Shown one piece after another: positions 1-12,435 of a stretch of 64,000 bases of DNA (position 1 is its first letter; every line of letters starts with the position of its first letter). The DNA is from Phallusia mammillata (Eukaryota). Under the pieces are notes generated by a model. The model saw only the letters and a program-made list of their open reading frames with translations. It ran no database searches and had not been told where the DNA came from. A program made the position numbers and the translations under genes. Location of the stretch: positions 16,926,001 to 16,990,000 of the forward strand of contig OZ281497.1 in the NCBI GenBank assembly GCA_965637545.1. Direction: 5' to 3'.

Positions 1-78
1 TAAATCACAACTAAATTTGTCAACAAACACACACGTAAACAAAAATAACATATGCAACTTTAATGTAATGGTTAAGCC

Positions 79-251
79 CAGTGTTTTTTAAGGTGTTTTG
101 GGGGACCGAAACGGTCCCCCAAATTTCTCCAGCGGTTTCCCAAAATTTGGACTTGCAACTACAACTACAGTTTTTTGTATTTAAATGAAACACTTGCGGT
201 CTCTTAAAATTCGTTAGCGGTCACCCAAACCAAACCTTAAAAAAAAACCTG
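79..251. mobile_element. hAT-type MITE in a POLE intron
   Basis: Imperfect TIRs CAGTGTTTTTTAAGG / CCTTAAAAAAAAACCTG; identical 8-bp flanks GTTAAGCC at 71-78 and 252-259; internal palindrome GGGGACCGAAACGGTCCCC; no ORF. Confidence 0.85.
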
Positions 252-409
252 GTTAAGCCCATTGTTTCTAACCAACAATGTGAAGCAAAAAAGATTAGGA
301 TGATTTTTAGTCATTCGTTATTATCGCATAATCGTTAACGGAAATTAAAGGAAGGTTTTTATCTCAGCTTATAGATGAACATAACTTATGTAAGATTTTT
401 ACAACTTAC

Positions 410-3400
410 CACATTCTAGGGCCTCAACGTGACCACCAACATAGGTTTCGGTGTCGAGCACGTGACCGTCGCTTGTCATCTTGTTGAAAACAGTTTCTTG
501 TTTGTTGGGGAAGATTATGTTTGCATGGAATGCCTGGACCATCAACAGCGCCTCACACAGGGTACCTAACAATACAACAAAATCTTAAATACGTAGTCAC
601 CAAAACGTTGCCGTAGACGTGAAGCCACATACAAGCAATCTTTCAAACATCTCCATCACCGAGTAATTGTGAAATTTTTAATTGACTACGCAATGAAATG
701 AAGTGGTTTGCGAAATTTTCTGCTTAGATATTATTTACCAGCTTACCTGATCCTTTTCTAAGGACGCTGTCAGGTTCCATGGGAATGATGGTGCATAGCG
801 CAAATATGAAGGGGTGGACGTACTTCATGTACATGTAGTATGTTGCTACTGCGTCCGATACCGAATAGTTTGCCAGAGTCTGTGGCTCTTCACTCGCCAA
901 TCTGTACAAAAATGTTTCTATAAACGCAAAACGATGACAAAAAAGTACGTATTAAGACGGTCAGAGTAAGATTACAAAAGCGTTAACAGCACACGCCAGC
1001 AAAAAAACCCATAAAAGAATGTAATTTAGTACAAATTTCAGGATTGAAAAATGTGGCGATATACGGCGAACCTTGTAAGCAACATCTCTCTTTAAACAAG
1101 ATTTATCTACCTGCAGAGTTCCTCGGGATCCAACTCAACTGGATCGTATCGCAATTTCGCTTTTGCCGCTGCCTTCAAATTCTGACTTCCGACGGGAAGG
1201 TACGAGTCGCGTTTAACCCACCTATGCCAAATACAATGACATTGAAAAACGAGTTTATCTAGTTTATTTTAGGCAGGAACGTAGTCATTTTAGAATGGCG
1301 TAAGGTAAGATACACAACAACGGAAATGGCCAAAATAAGGTAAGAATTCATACACCCACATTAGACATTTGGAGGAAGATGGCACCTGCATCAAAAACTC
1401 AATACAAATACAACTCCGGTATAATCTATGCGAATTCTACCCACTTGAAAGCATCCATGTGGGAAGCTTGTCGACTCTTGTATTCACCCTGGGAGTCTTT
1501 ACTGAATCCTATCTCCTGCATCATGTCAATGCCAAGCTTGGAGGCCCGAGTTTCCACGAATGGCCAATCGAAAAAATCGCCATTGTATGTGACAAATATG
1601 TGGGGTTTAACGTCCAGAATGTGATCAAAGAAACGATGTAATGTGCTGACCTGAAAAAGTGGTGTGTGTTTTTTAGTACCAGTTTTCCATTTAATACGTA
1701 AATTCATTGAAATTTAGCAAATAATTTTTCAAATATTGGCTAAAAGCACAATAAAAATTGAACGCAACAATACAGTTTTGCAACCGAAATTATACTTCAA
1801 TACCAAACAAAAGCAATTAATTTCTTCACCATTTAATCAAGCAATTACACACATAGTTTGCAGTTGCATACATATTTATATATTTGATCAAAACACATTG
1901 CTTTTACACCTCATCTGGTTCGTTGAAAATAGTAAACTTTCCCTCAAACTCAGGTCTGGGGGTAAATTCAAAATCTTCAACATCTTCGGCTACAATTTCT
2001 CTGGAAAATATCAATTATGACATGATGTCATAATTCAACATCAGAACTAAAACTCAACATTAATACCTGTTGCATATGAGAAAACCATGGCCATCTATCA
2101 TATACGATATCATCATGATATTGTCAGTTTCAGCATCAGGAAATTTCAAAGGAAGTTTGGTTGTTTCAATATCATATGCCAGTACAACCGGATCCTGTAA
2201 GAAGAGTTATGTAAGAAACTCTCATTATCCAGAGACACCTGTAAATCAGAATGTGCACAATAAAAAATACTGACAGGCCTTTCCAGTAAATCTTCCCTCC
2301 TGGTTATCACTGGAGGTATTCCTGATCCCTTGAACTGAACAGTGTACCACAAACCAACATGAATTTGTAGATCAATTGACACCCGAACATGATATGGAAC
2401 ATCGTATTCACGAATGTCAATTATGCTTTCCAACTGATCCTGCACCTTCTTGAAGCTGTTTTTATCATTTACTGTTTTTCCAGCAAGAGCACTGTTATGA
2501 AACAACAACAAAAACATTATTTACATGCATCCAAGCAGGTTACACAAAGCTGTTAGGGATCTTGATAGCATATCAGATGAAAAACAATACATAAATGATT
2601 TTAAGTTAACACAGGTTTGAACAAAGTACATGCCTTGTCAGCATTGATGTGTAAACCGAGCTCCCCTTGTCTCTTTCCTTGTTTTTCCTAACAGCACGGT
2701 TAACGGCTTGCCGAACACTGGTCAAGTCATCCACATGATTAAAAGATAACTTCAAATATGTTCTCTTTAGACCAACCAAGTGGTTGTTCTGCAGATGGGC
2801 GACAATTTATGAAAACTTACACATAATACTGAATTGTGTTTTAAACTGGAAAACACAGCTACAAAATTGGTGCTAGTTTTTACTCACCAAGTCCAAATCT
2901 TCTTTTTTAACAACTTCCAGAGAAGCAATTTTGGAGAATTTCTTTTTCAGATAAATGATGACTTCTTTTTCAGAATCTTTTTCAACAGCCACATAAAAGT
3001 ATGGTTGATATGGCATTGAAACCTGTGAGTAAACGAATCACATACAGTTGCTATAATATTTGCAGTCTTGTGTTTCTCCCACCTTAAACCTGTTACCATC
3101 ATCTTGTAGAAAGTAGTAGTCCACTGCACTAATCAGCCGTTTGTCTTCATCCAGAATGTCAGCCTGTATAAATTCATAGGATAAACATCAAACTCATATA
3201 AATTTCTCATAAAAATTCAGCAGCTTCGAATGCAAACTTATAACCCCAAAATAACAAATTTAAGTTTATGAACTCATGAAAGTCATTAAGCCCTAATCTT
3301 TTGAGATGTATATATTTCGCGAAACAGCATATCTCATTCAAATACTCATGAACTGAAATCGACAGACATACGTTTCATTATAGTCTATATTTACCAAGCA

Positions 3401-3727
3401 TTAACCGGGGTGATTCTATTTTTAAGTTTGAAGTACACATGTGTTTAACAAAAAAAATACTTGAAATAACTTACTGAGCACAAATTAATCAGCCATCCAA
3501 GGCGTTCACATGGAAGTTTAAGAGTCTCATATCCATATTTTGCATCTAGTGCATCAGAAAGTTGGGCCCTCTCCAATCTCCTTGCACCACTTTCTGATTG
3601 CTGGTCACTAAAAAATGATTCTTTTAATGAGTAAAATGTGCTGTGTATTGTGCATTAATATTTTCATTCAGTTTTTTTAAATAACGTACTTGGGTTTGTT
3701 AAATTTTCCTGAATTCTGCAGAACCAT
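410..3727 (-). CDS. POLE: DNA polymerase epsilon catalytic subunit, N-terminal part (3'-partial, continues beyond position 1)
   Basis: Phase-consistent exons in transcript order: 3727-3690, 3607-3475, 3163-3083, 3022-2888, 2788-2634, 2491-2275, 2194-2067, 2000-1910, 1650-1445, 1221-1111, 901-747, 565-410. Starts MVLQNSGKF; contains [14 protein letters not shown], Exo[17 protein letters not shown], Exo[29 protein letters not shown], Exo[13 protein letters not shown] and [13 protein letters not shown]. Confidence 0.98.
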
Positions 3728-3834
3728 TTTTGTTGCTTTTAACCTGTCGTGCTGGGCAGTGTTTTAACCCAGCTGAAATGCTGAACCAAACAGAACAGAT
3801 GCTTAAACCAGACCAGAGGCAAACAATAGAGTAG

Positions 3835-4261
3835 GTTCTGACTCTAATTTAAAACATTGAGATGCTAACAAATAATTTGTTGTAAAATATTTTGAACGAG
3901 TACGCAATCTACTAAAAAAACTAACTAAGATGTTGACGGTTAGGTCTATTAGGGTCTGGGTGAGGGTTTATAACAAAAATAACTATATAATTTAATCTCA
4001 GATACCTTTAGTGCTTAATTTTCTTACAAGTGTTAACATGCGGCACCATACGGTATTTAGTACCACTCTCAACACACATGTGAATAATGAATATTAAGGC
4101 TAAACTGGGCATCTAAAACTAAATTATAGTGTTATTTTTATTATAAACCCTCATCCAGACCCTAAAAGCTCTAACCTTCAACATTTTTTAAAAGTTGCAT
4201 ACGTTTTATAAGTAGATTGCGTAGCTTGTGTAGATTGCGTATTTTAGATTTAGAGGAGCCC
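3835..4261. mobile_element. MULE-like long-TIR MITE just upstream of the POLE start codon (left boundary approximate)
   Basis: 3895-3995 and 4125-4261 are inverted repeats. The internal segment (~3995-4125) is nearly identical in reverse complement to 50506-50645, and the right TIR matches 48733-48855. No TSD recognisable for this copy. Confidence 0.75.
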
Positions 4262-4899
4262 CAAAATCACACACACAAAAACTAACAAAAGTTCCCGCCA
4301 GATAAAACAAAACCAACATTTACGTCTACTATTGCATGACGAAGAATAAAAATCATATGTTTTTTGCCAATTTAATGTCTAAAGATCTAAAGTAATAAAA
4401 ATATACACAAAAACAAAATATCAAACAATTAGGTGTACTTTGCCTTTTCTTCACCGTTTTAATTTTTTGTAATGTCTTGTTCAGTTTGCTTTTTGTGCAC
4501 TTTTGTGACATAGTGACATATTGTTATTTTCGTATTTTGCCTCAAATTAATTAATGAAACCAAAAATATGACAAAGTGCTAACCCCAAGGTGCAAAGTAA
4601 ATGCCTGTACCGTATCGTTCACTGGTAACGAAAATATGAGAAATGGTAATTTGTTTGTGTGCTTTTTAATAATATTGCCTTAGACAACTATTTTATTTCT
4701 TTTATAGTTGTTAATTTTTTTCGAAATATTTGGTGTATTTTATATGTAGAAATCGTTTAACCGAACAGAACCAGACAAAAAGTCAGTTTTTCTGAACTGG
4801 TGCAGTTGTTTCTGCCATGGGGCATTATAAAGTTATTTCCAGCATTTTGATTTGATTTGCGATATTTTAGTCATGTTTGGTGTGTTTGTTCCCATTACT

Positions 4900-5050
4900 T
4901 TGACTTTAGAAAGCAAGCGAGCGTTTCGTATATTGTCGCCTTTTTCAAAAAAATGACCATGATTGGTTCGTTATTTATGGATCGGTGATGCGTCGCCATA
5001 TATAAGTTTCGAATAGCGATCGCACGCCGCTAGTGGTGTGTTTGGCTCAG
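4900..5050. promoter_or_regulatory. Putative bidirectional promoter core between divergent POLE and MRAS
   Basis: Head-to-head genes; local CpG enrichment; reverse CCAAT (ATTGG, 4962-4966) and YY1-like CGCCAT (4994-4999). Motif-level evidence only. Confidence 0.35.
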
Positions 5051-5777
5051 CAGGAACTTGGGTGTGCCGGTCTCAAAGTCCCATGACGGTTGCCAATGCG
5101 CTCACTTCATTGCAAGGATACGACGATAAGGTTATGGCTATTTTCAGCATATCGAGGAAAGGCAGAAGGCCTGAATTTAAAATCGTGTTGCTCTTTCGCT
5201 GCAATGTAGCTTTCAGACGCGTGACGTGACCAGCAGCTACCAAATGCGACAGTACCGTAACAGAAGCAAGTTTATCAGGTGATCTTTGCTGTAAAGGTTG
5301 GTAAAAAGGATCTTACCAACGAGAAATAATTTGAGTTGCAACGTTTGTCACAGTAAGTCTGAATTTAACTGCAGTTTAATACACATTTTTGGCATTACTT
5401 TTTTGACCCAGATAGCCAGGTAAACTGAAAATACAGATAAAATTTAAACTAAAACCATAGCAGATCAATTTGAAGGGTAATCATATGAAAAGCAGAGTAA
5501 CAAGGTAAAGTTAGATTGACAGTATTAGCGAAACCAGAAAGAGTATTGCGGACATTCATGGATTTAGAACAAAATCATTGTGTCATGTCACCCATTCATG
5601 ATGATGTTTTAAGACTTTAACATGTTGTATTTGCCACAAACAGGTTGAAATATTGTCCGACAAATCCTTATAGCCAAGATCAACTTGTCATTGGAATTGT
5701 GTGAGCAACAAGTTGGCCCTGATCGTGTGAAGTGGAATATATTCTGCCTCTGAATATTTATTTACATCTTCCACACA

Positions 5778-8414
5778 ATGGCGGCTGTGCCTAATCAAAA
5801 TGAGAACCTAATGACATATAAACTGGTTGTAGTTGGCGATGGTGGTGTTGGGAAAAGTGCCCTCACAATTCAGTTTTTTCAGAAGATGTTTGTAGAGGAA
5901 TATGATCCAACAATAGAAGATTCATATATTCAACACACAGATATTGATGGGCAGTGGTGTATTTTAGATGGTATGTATTTATAATTGCAATAGATTTCTT
6001 TTTTGTTCTACAGAATCTTGAAAAATGACTGCTATCGTTCAAATATTGAACATAATCTGTACCAGTTCTGTTTTAATGGTATATTTGGCATGGTAATATT
6101 GCCATGTTTTCTACCCTATGGTGTGATAAGGCTCTGCTTGATCTATGGAGTAAAGGGGTTTTGCAAATATATATAAAAATATGCGAAATAAAACTCACAG
6201 CTCTGTTAAATGTAGTAAGCTTGGCTTGACATGGTATGGAATTTGGGTATCATGGTACAAAACGTGTCCTGCCACTTTGTGCAAGTGTTTTGCTTTTATT
6301 GAACTTTTTTCAAAGGACAAAAATAATTTGTGTTTGTAAATATAATGACTGGGAATCATGATGGAAGCTTTATGAGAAATGCAGAGAAACAGTAACAACT
6401 TTTCAGCAATATGCACAAAAATAGGTTATTGATTGCAAAAAGCAAGTAAACCCATCCGTTAAAGTTAGCAAAGCCTTTATGTAAAACCAGAACTTGATAA
6501 ATCAACAATTCAAATAGACAAAGTAAACTAAAAAAACCTTTCAGTTTGTTGTGATGTCACTAATGGTTACAGGTTAGGCTAAACTCTTATGATTCATCAA
6601 CTTGTGATGAAACACAGATACACTTTAACATATTTAGCCCAGAATTGTTTGCTACTTACTCTTTTCTGCCTCCTTCTGCTGAACTACTCTTACTTTTGTG
6701 TAGTTTTGGATACTGCAGGCCAAGAAGAGTTCAGTACTATGAGAGAACAATACATGAGGACAGGTGTGTGTGTCTTATAGCTACATTGTCTGTTGTTTTA
6801 TATTTTGCATAACTTTACTTTGATTTGCAGGTGATGGGTTTCTAATTGTTTACAGTGTAACTGACCGAGCAAGTTACGACCATGTACCCGAATTTCACGA
6901 GCTTATATTGAAAGTAAAAGATGAGTAAGTGTATCCCAGCTTTCTGTTTGAGTGTGGTTATCGGTTGATTGTTTAAAAATAATTGTTTAAAATTAAATTC
7001 AAGGAATTCTTTGACAAAACCAAAGTTATCAGCAATATTAAAGTGAAACCAGTATTGTGACCAAATATATTATGTTAAAATTATGTCTGTGCCACTTTGT
7101 ATGTACGGTTATTCAAGCATAAGTGTATAGTAAGTGTATCATACCTTTCTGTTTGAGTGTGGTTGATTATCGGATGATTGCTAGAAATTAAATTCCAGGA
7201 ATTTTATCATGTGCATCTTACACTTATTCTTATGCAGGTGCTCATTTCCTGCTCTCCTCGTTGCAAATAAAGTTGATTTGGTTCATCAGCGGGTTGTAAG
7301 AGAAGAAGAAGGTCAGGAGATGGCCAAACAATTCGGTGTAAGTGCCAAATGTTATGTCCGTGGGGTTGCTATAAAACAGGGGTGGGGAACCTACTTGTAC
7401 TGCGGGCTGCATGAATGTCACAACATTTTTATATGTATATATTTTTTTTTTCAAATTCTGTGTAATAATACCCTAAGGCCTAAGCACACAAGTGATTTCA
7501 TATTTCATCGCTCCAGATTAGATTTTTTCTTTGCTGTTACTTGTTTGCAACAAACAATGCATACAGGTTTATCACTTAATTCGACTAAAATCTGTCCATT
7601 CTTTCTGGAACACCCTAGCTCCATTATACCGAATATATTTATGTAACAATATAAGGATCCACGCTAATAGCTCTAAAATCAATTTTAAACTAACAGCAAA
7701 TGGCAAATGATTTGTTACTGCAAGGAGAGACAATCGAGTGACTGTTATGTCACAAATACAGCAAGTGGTTGAATGTGTGGCAATTTTAATAAGTTTGGCG
7801 TCAAATGTGGAAATGTCGAAGTCTTTTCGAGTAAATATTTGTACATAAACATTTTATTGTTTTTTTTATGCTATGTTTTATGCTGTACTTTAACAAAATT
7901 GTGACGCGGGCCACATTAAAAAGACAAGCGGGCCGCAGGTTCCCCACCCCTGCTATAAAATTACAACAAATATTCAACAAAGCTATAATAAGGTGTCATA
8001 ACTAAAGTGTAAAATTACTGCTATTATTGATGATTTTTGTTTGGACAGATTCCTTACATTGAAACAAGTGCTAAAGACCCGCCTCAAAACGTTGACAAAG
8101 CCTTTCAAAACGTGGTTAGAATAATAAGGTAAGTGCAACTGAACTTCGATAAAATGCTAGTCTCAATCACACCATAGATTTACATTTTCGTGACGACCAG
8201 CCTTATGCTGGTGCAACTGCATACAATGCACAGTCGCTAAAGTTCAACCAACCTCGCTCCACGACCCTTATTATCGTATAACAAGGCTGCCACGCCCGTC
8301 GCGAGCTACGGCCAACCTAACACGTCGGACATTTACAGGCAACAGGGAATTCCCCAGAGCAACAGAAGGCCGAGCCGCAGAGAACCGAAACCATGCTGCT
8401 GCAGCTTAATGTAA
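5778..8414 (+). CDS. MRAS: Ras-related protein M-Ras, 200 aa
   Basis: Exons 5778-5970, 6704-6763, 6831-6924, 7238-7337, 8049-8128, 8339-8414, all GT-AG and phase-consistent. M-Ras-specific motifs [29 protein letters not shown] and [19 protein letters not shown]; ends with CaaX CSLM-stop. Confidence 0.96.
7377..7952. mobile_element. hAT (Charlie-like) MITE in MRAS intron 4
   Basis: TIRs CAGGGGTGGGGAACCT / AGGTTCCCCACCCCTG; 8-bp TSD CTATAAAA at 7369-7376 and 7953-7960. Confidence 0.92.
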
Positions 8415-10684
8415 CTGCCGGACCCAGTTGGTCCCGTCCGCGAAACGCTGGCAGCGACCGGGGCGGCGGACGATGGACTTTAGATAAGCGAACATCGCCA
8501 AACCGCGACGTATCCAGAGAATGTTTGCCGATGCCATACACCGCTATGGTACCCCCAACGTTTGATACGACTAACGACCACTAACGAACTCTATGTCTCT
8601 TTCCATATCTGTTTTCTGGGAATGCTTGTGAAATGGCCGCGTAGGAAATCGACTTTTTGTGTGGCGCGTGTTTCTATCTGTTTGTATAATTGCTGTGCGA
8701 CTTCGCAGCCAAAGCCACATAGCTCAATGTGGTTTGGTGCCTCATGGCAGTGAGTTTTTTCGAAGGCCTTATGCGAAATAATTGTTTCAAACAACTCGAA
8801 GGGCCACCCGTTTTTTTGCTAATCGTATCAGCGTAAGCCGCGGTGCAAAAGAGACGTATTTCACTGCTGCTATCGTTTCCCGCCTTGTCAGAGTTGCAAG
8901 TTGCCCCTGGTGTCGCCTTTATTGAGCAAAAAATTATACTGTCGTTCGATCGCCTCTTCCACTTTATTAATGAAATTGTGTGTTGTGCTTGTCATTTTTC
9001 CAACCCTTGTGGATACCCACGTCACACAATTAACAGCCACGCTTCGAAGGAGTTACATTTCAAAAATCTTTTTAGACAACATATCTGCGTTTCTCATCGC
9101 AGCCTCCCTATACATACATTTATATATATATGATATAAATATATATATTTATTTACTCATTTCTTATACGCCATCACATTGAAGCCATGATGCCGATGAA
9201 TTCATCAAGGCCACCCTTGACGTATGGTTTAAAAAACTTGCAGTTAATGCGGTTCGGCAATTATAACAAAAACGGAATCCTTGGCTGGAACCAACTGTTA
9301 ACAATTCCATGTGCTACCTGTGCTGTTTTTTCTCATCTCAATCCAACTGGCATTCTCCTTTCGAACCGTGTTTGATGGTAAATGCAGTTGAGCCTCACTT
9401 GGGCCTTGTACAAGCACGAGCCCTGCAGATTGCCTTTTCTTTACTCATCCAGTTCAATTAAGTTACTGAGCATGCGTCAAAAAAAACTAGTAGTATTACC
9501 GTAGTTTCAAAACCGCTTCTGCATTTTCTGGTTGTACATCGGTGCCAATGTACTGACCGATATGGAGCACCTGCATGGGCAGAACGTCCATTGTCGATGG
9601 ATGATCGTTGGATTTCCATTGATTAACGAAATTACCGTATAATACACGATATACAACTTTGTTGCTGGTGTAAATTACTCTCTATTAAGCTTTCAGTCAG
9701 AAAGACAAACTTAATAAACGTAACTTTGGTAATCGCTATAGTGACTAGTGAGCATACATTCATACAATGAGGGAAGACAAGGAACAAAGGTAAATAGATG
9801 TTTCTTTTGAATCTGTGGTGTTGGTATTTTTTTTGCTGGTAATGCCGAAGAGTCTTAAACTGTGGCACCTAGTAGCTTCTGCTCTGCTGAAGTTGAATCA
9901 AGATTGGCAACAGGTACAGTTGCATTTGCCAAACTAAATCAGTTTTGCTGCCTTGTCTGAACAACATTTACTATGGTTGAGTGACATAAATAAAGTGCCA
10001 GGTAGAAACAACAAATGCCTTACATTTTCTAATCGTCAAGCTTTCCAATAGGTATTCAGTCCCTGGATTTGGAACTTGGGTAAAAGTTTCCTGTACAAAT
10101 TATTCCTTGTTTGTCTCAGAAATGAGTTGATGTAACCATTTAAATAAGATATCTGGTTTGGTACTTGGTATGCAGCATAGGAAACTTTTCAGGTGGTGTG
10201 TGATTGGAAGGAGGTTCTCAAATTTAATCAGGTTGGTATTTTCAACAGATTTTTTATGACACACTATTTAAATTTTAAACTTGTATGCCAAAATTCTTGC
10301 AATTATGGTGTTGAAAATAAGGTCGGGTAAAAAATGCAGGCATTGAATGGTTATGAAACACATAACTTCACTTCAACTAACATTGCACACTTGACTCTAA
10401 AATTGCACCATGTTGAAAACAGATACAAAAACCAAAGGTTTATGATTTGCATCAGGTGCAGCAACACATTTTATATTTTTAAAAGCATCAGATAGGAACA
10501 ACAACCAACACTCAAAACTTGTTTTTCAGAACAGTTGAAAAATCTTTTGAAGCATTTTGCTTGTTTAACAAAATTTTTCATTTAAAACCTGGTCATCATT
10601 TTGAATGGTTGTGAAAACATAGACACTTACAGACAAATCAATGCATTAAAATTTGGTAGCACAGTATAACACACACAAAAAACA

Positions 10685-12239
10685 TCAATCACATGAACCA
10701 TCCTTCCAACCATCTCTCCACCGTTCCAGAACTTTGGAACAGTCAAATTCTGGTTTACTCAGTTTTCTGTTTACAATGTTGTGTTGTTGGCAAAACCAGT
10801 CCGATAAACTGTAGCGACTTTGTACATCAGGTTTCTTCTTTTTAATGCTGCAGTAATAAAGCTATGCTTAAAGCGGAATGTCATTTGCAAATGACATCTA
10901 TTGTTTGCAATAGGAAATACATTTTTAAATCAATAATACAATACTTTAATTGGTCCTTATAATTGCTTTGGTTTTACCTGTGTTGAAAATCTAATGCACA
11001 GTGCTCACAAGGATAAAACTTTGAAAATAAATCTATAAACTTGGTCATGTCTTTCTTTTCCTGTTCGTTTGGTTTTTCAGGATAGTAGGCAGCCATTGTG
11101 TGAAGAAAGGACCATGTGTTTGAACCAAGCTCCTGTATGTCTAATGGACAATCTTCAGGAACTTTTTCCAAGTTGGCATCAGTCAAATCAGGTTTTTGCT
11201 TTACATTCTGAAAAATTGGTAGACAAAAAAATATAATTACAACTTAGTACATGTTTTTCAAATATACCTTCTATTGTTTCTGCCCAAGCTACTTATTTTT
11301 TAACTGCTTGCTTTCAGTTTTTATCATGCCATTGTCTTAAAATTCAGCCCTTCATGCACAAAACGCTCTGCTATCTCTTTATTATGGGTGACACTAAAAC
11401 GCTGAATGGGCGGGAGATGGCGGGACGTCGTGAAAACCGCTGAATATCGGGTTAAATTGCTGACGGTTAGTGCTATTAAGGTTGGGATAAGGTTTTATAA
11501 TAGAAAATCATTAAAAATAATTCCCCCGGATACCTTCCGTGACCGAGCGAAACATTCAGCGGCCGAGGGAAACATTCAGCAGCCGAGGGAGACTTCCCGC
11601 CCAAGCATTTTTGCTGAATGTCAGGAAACAGCTGAATAAGTTTAAGGCAGGGACATTTTTTGATTCACATACTTTTATAAAACCTCAACCCAACCCTAAT
11701 AGCACTAACCGTCAGCAATTTACCCGATATTTAACGGTTTCCGCGACGTCCCGCCCATTCAGCGTTTTAGTGTCACCCTTTATTATTGATATCAGCTGGC
11801 ACGAACCACTATTATTTAGAAAAACCTTTGCACGCGAGGTCACTAACACATGGATATACGAAGTAAATTGGTGCGTGTCGCCTAAAAGGTTGCCGACACC
11901 TGGACTAGTTTGAATAGCAAACAATACCCAACAAAATGCATGCTTATAAACATAGAGTATCTTTATCTGGAATTTTATTTTGAAATAAATTGGGCTTTCT
12001 CAGCTCAAGGTTTTAAACACAAAACAAGTTTAAGAATGCAACACAGCAGAAACTACTGCAAGGCAGAAAAAAATAAAGACAATCTACACAAATCAGATTT
12101 TCAACCCTACCTCATTAGAACGTGGAGAATGATTTTTTCTCCACGATTTAAAGTCGTCACACGCTCTGCATGCTCTTCGACCTTTGTATTGAAGAGCGCC
12201 ATCACCATTGTCATCTTCGAACAATCTCCTCCCGGCCAT
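10685..12239 (-). CDS. GFER: FAD-linked sulfhydryl oxidase ALR/Erv1, 173 aa
   Basis: Exons 12239-12111, 11207-10978, 10847-10685. N-terminal shuttle [28 protein letters not shown], redox [24 protein letters not shown] and C-terminal [13 protein letters not shown]-stop. Confidence 0.97.
11386..11778. mobile_element. Long-TIR MITE in GFER intron 1, related to the MULE-like family
   Basis: About 120-bp TIRs starting GGGTGACACTAAAACGCTGAATGGGCGGGA; flanked by TTTATTAT at 11378-11385 and 11779-11786; TIR core (TGACGGTTAG..GCT.TTA..GGT..GGG..AGG.TTTATAA) resembles those at 3925-3975 and 48795-48840. Confidence 0.88.
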
Positions 12240-12435
12240 TTTTATTCATGTCTCAATGCGCAAACTTTCCTCTCTACCTAACACCGAAAAACATTCCTTG
12301 CTCTGTGTGATTTCCTGTGGCGCAATGATTTACTGCAGAAAAAATCAACGGGCTTAAAATGTTGCTTAGTCATGTTTACTAAGCAAGTTATCAACTGGAG
12401 TTGAGTTTTTAAGAAAAAAGGCGTGTACTAAATAC

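Noticed and set aside
747-2194. Possible proofreading-dead or hypermutator POLE next to PMS2
   Set aside because: Exo I (DIE, P286 equivalent), Exo II (D368), V411, L424 and Exo III (YSVSD) equivalents all appear intact, and PMS2 endonuclease motifs are intact too.
11406-11924. ORFs of 70-124 aa in GFER intron 1
   Set aside because: They overlap the long-TIR MITE and its flank, start at non-ATG codons in most cases and show no transposase motif.
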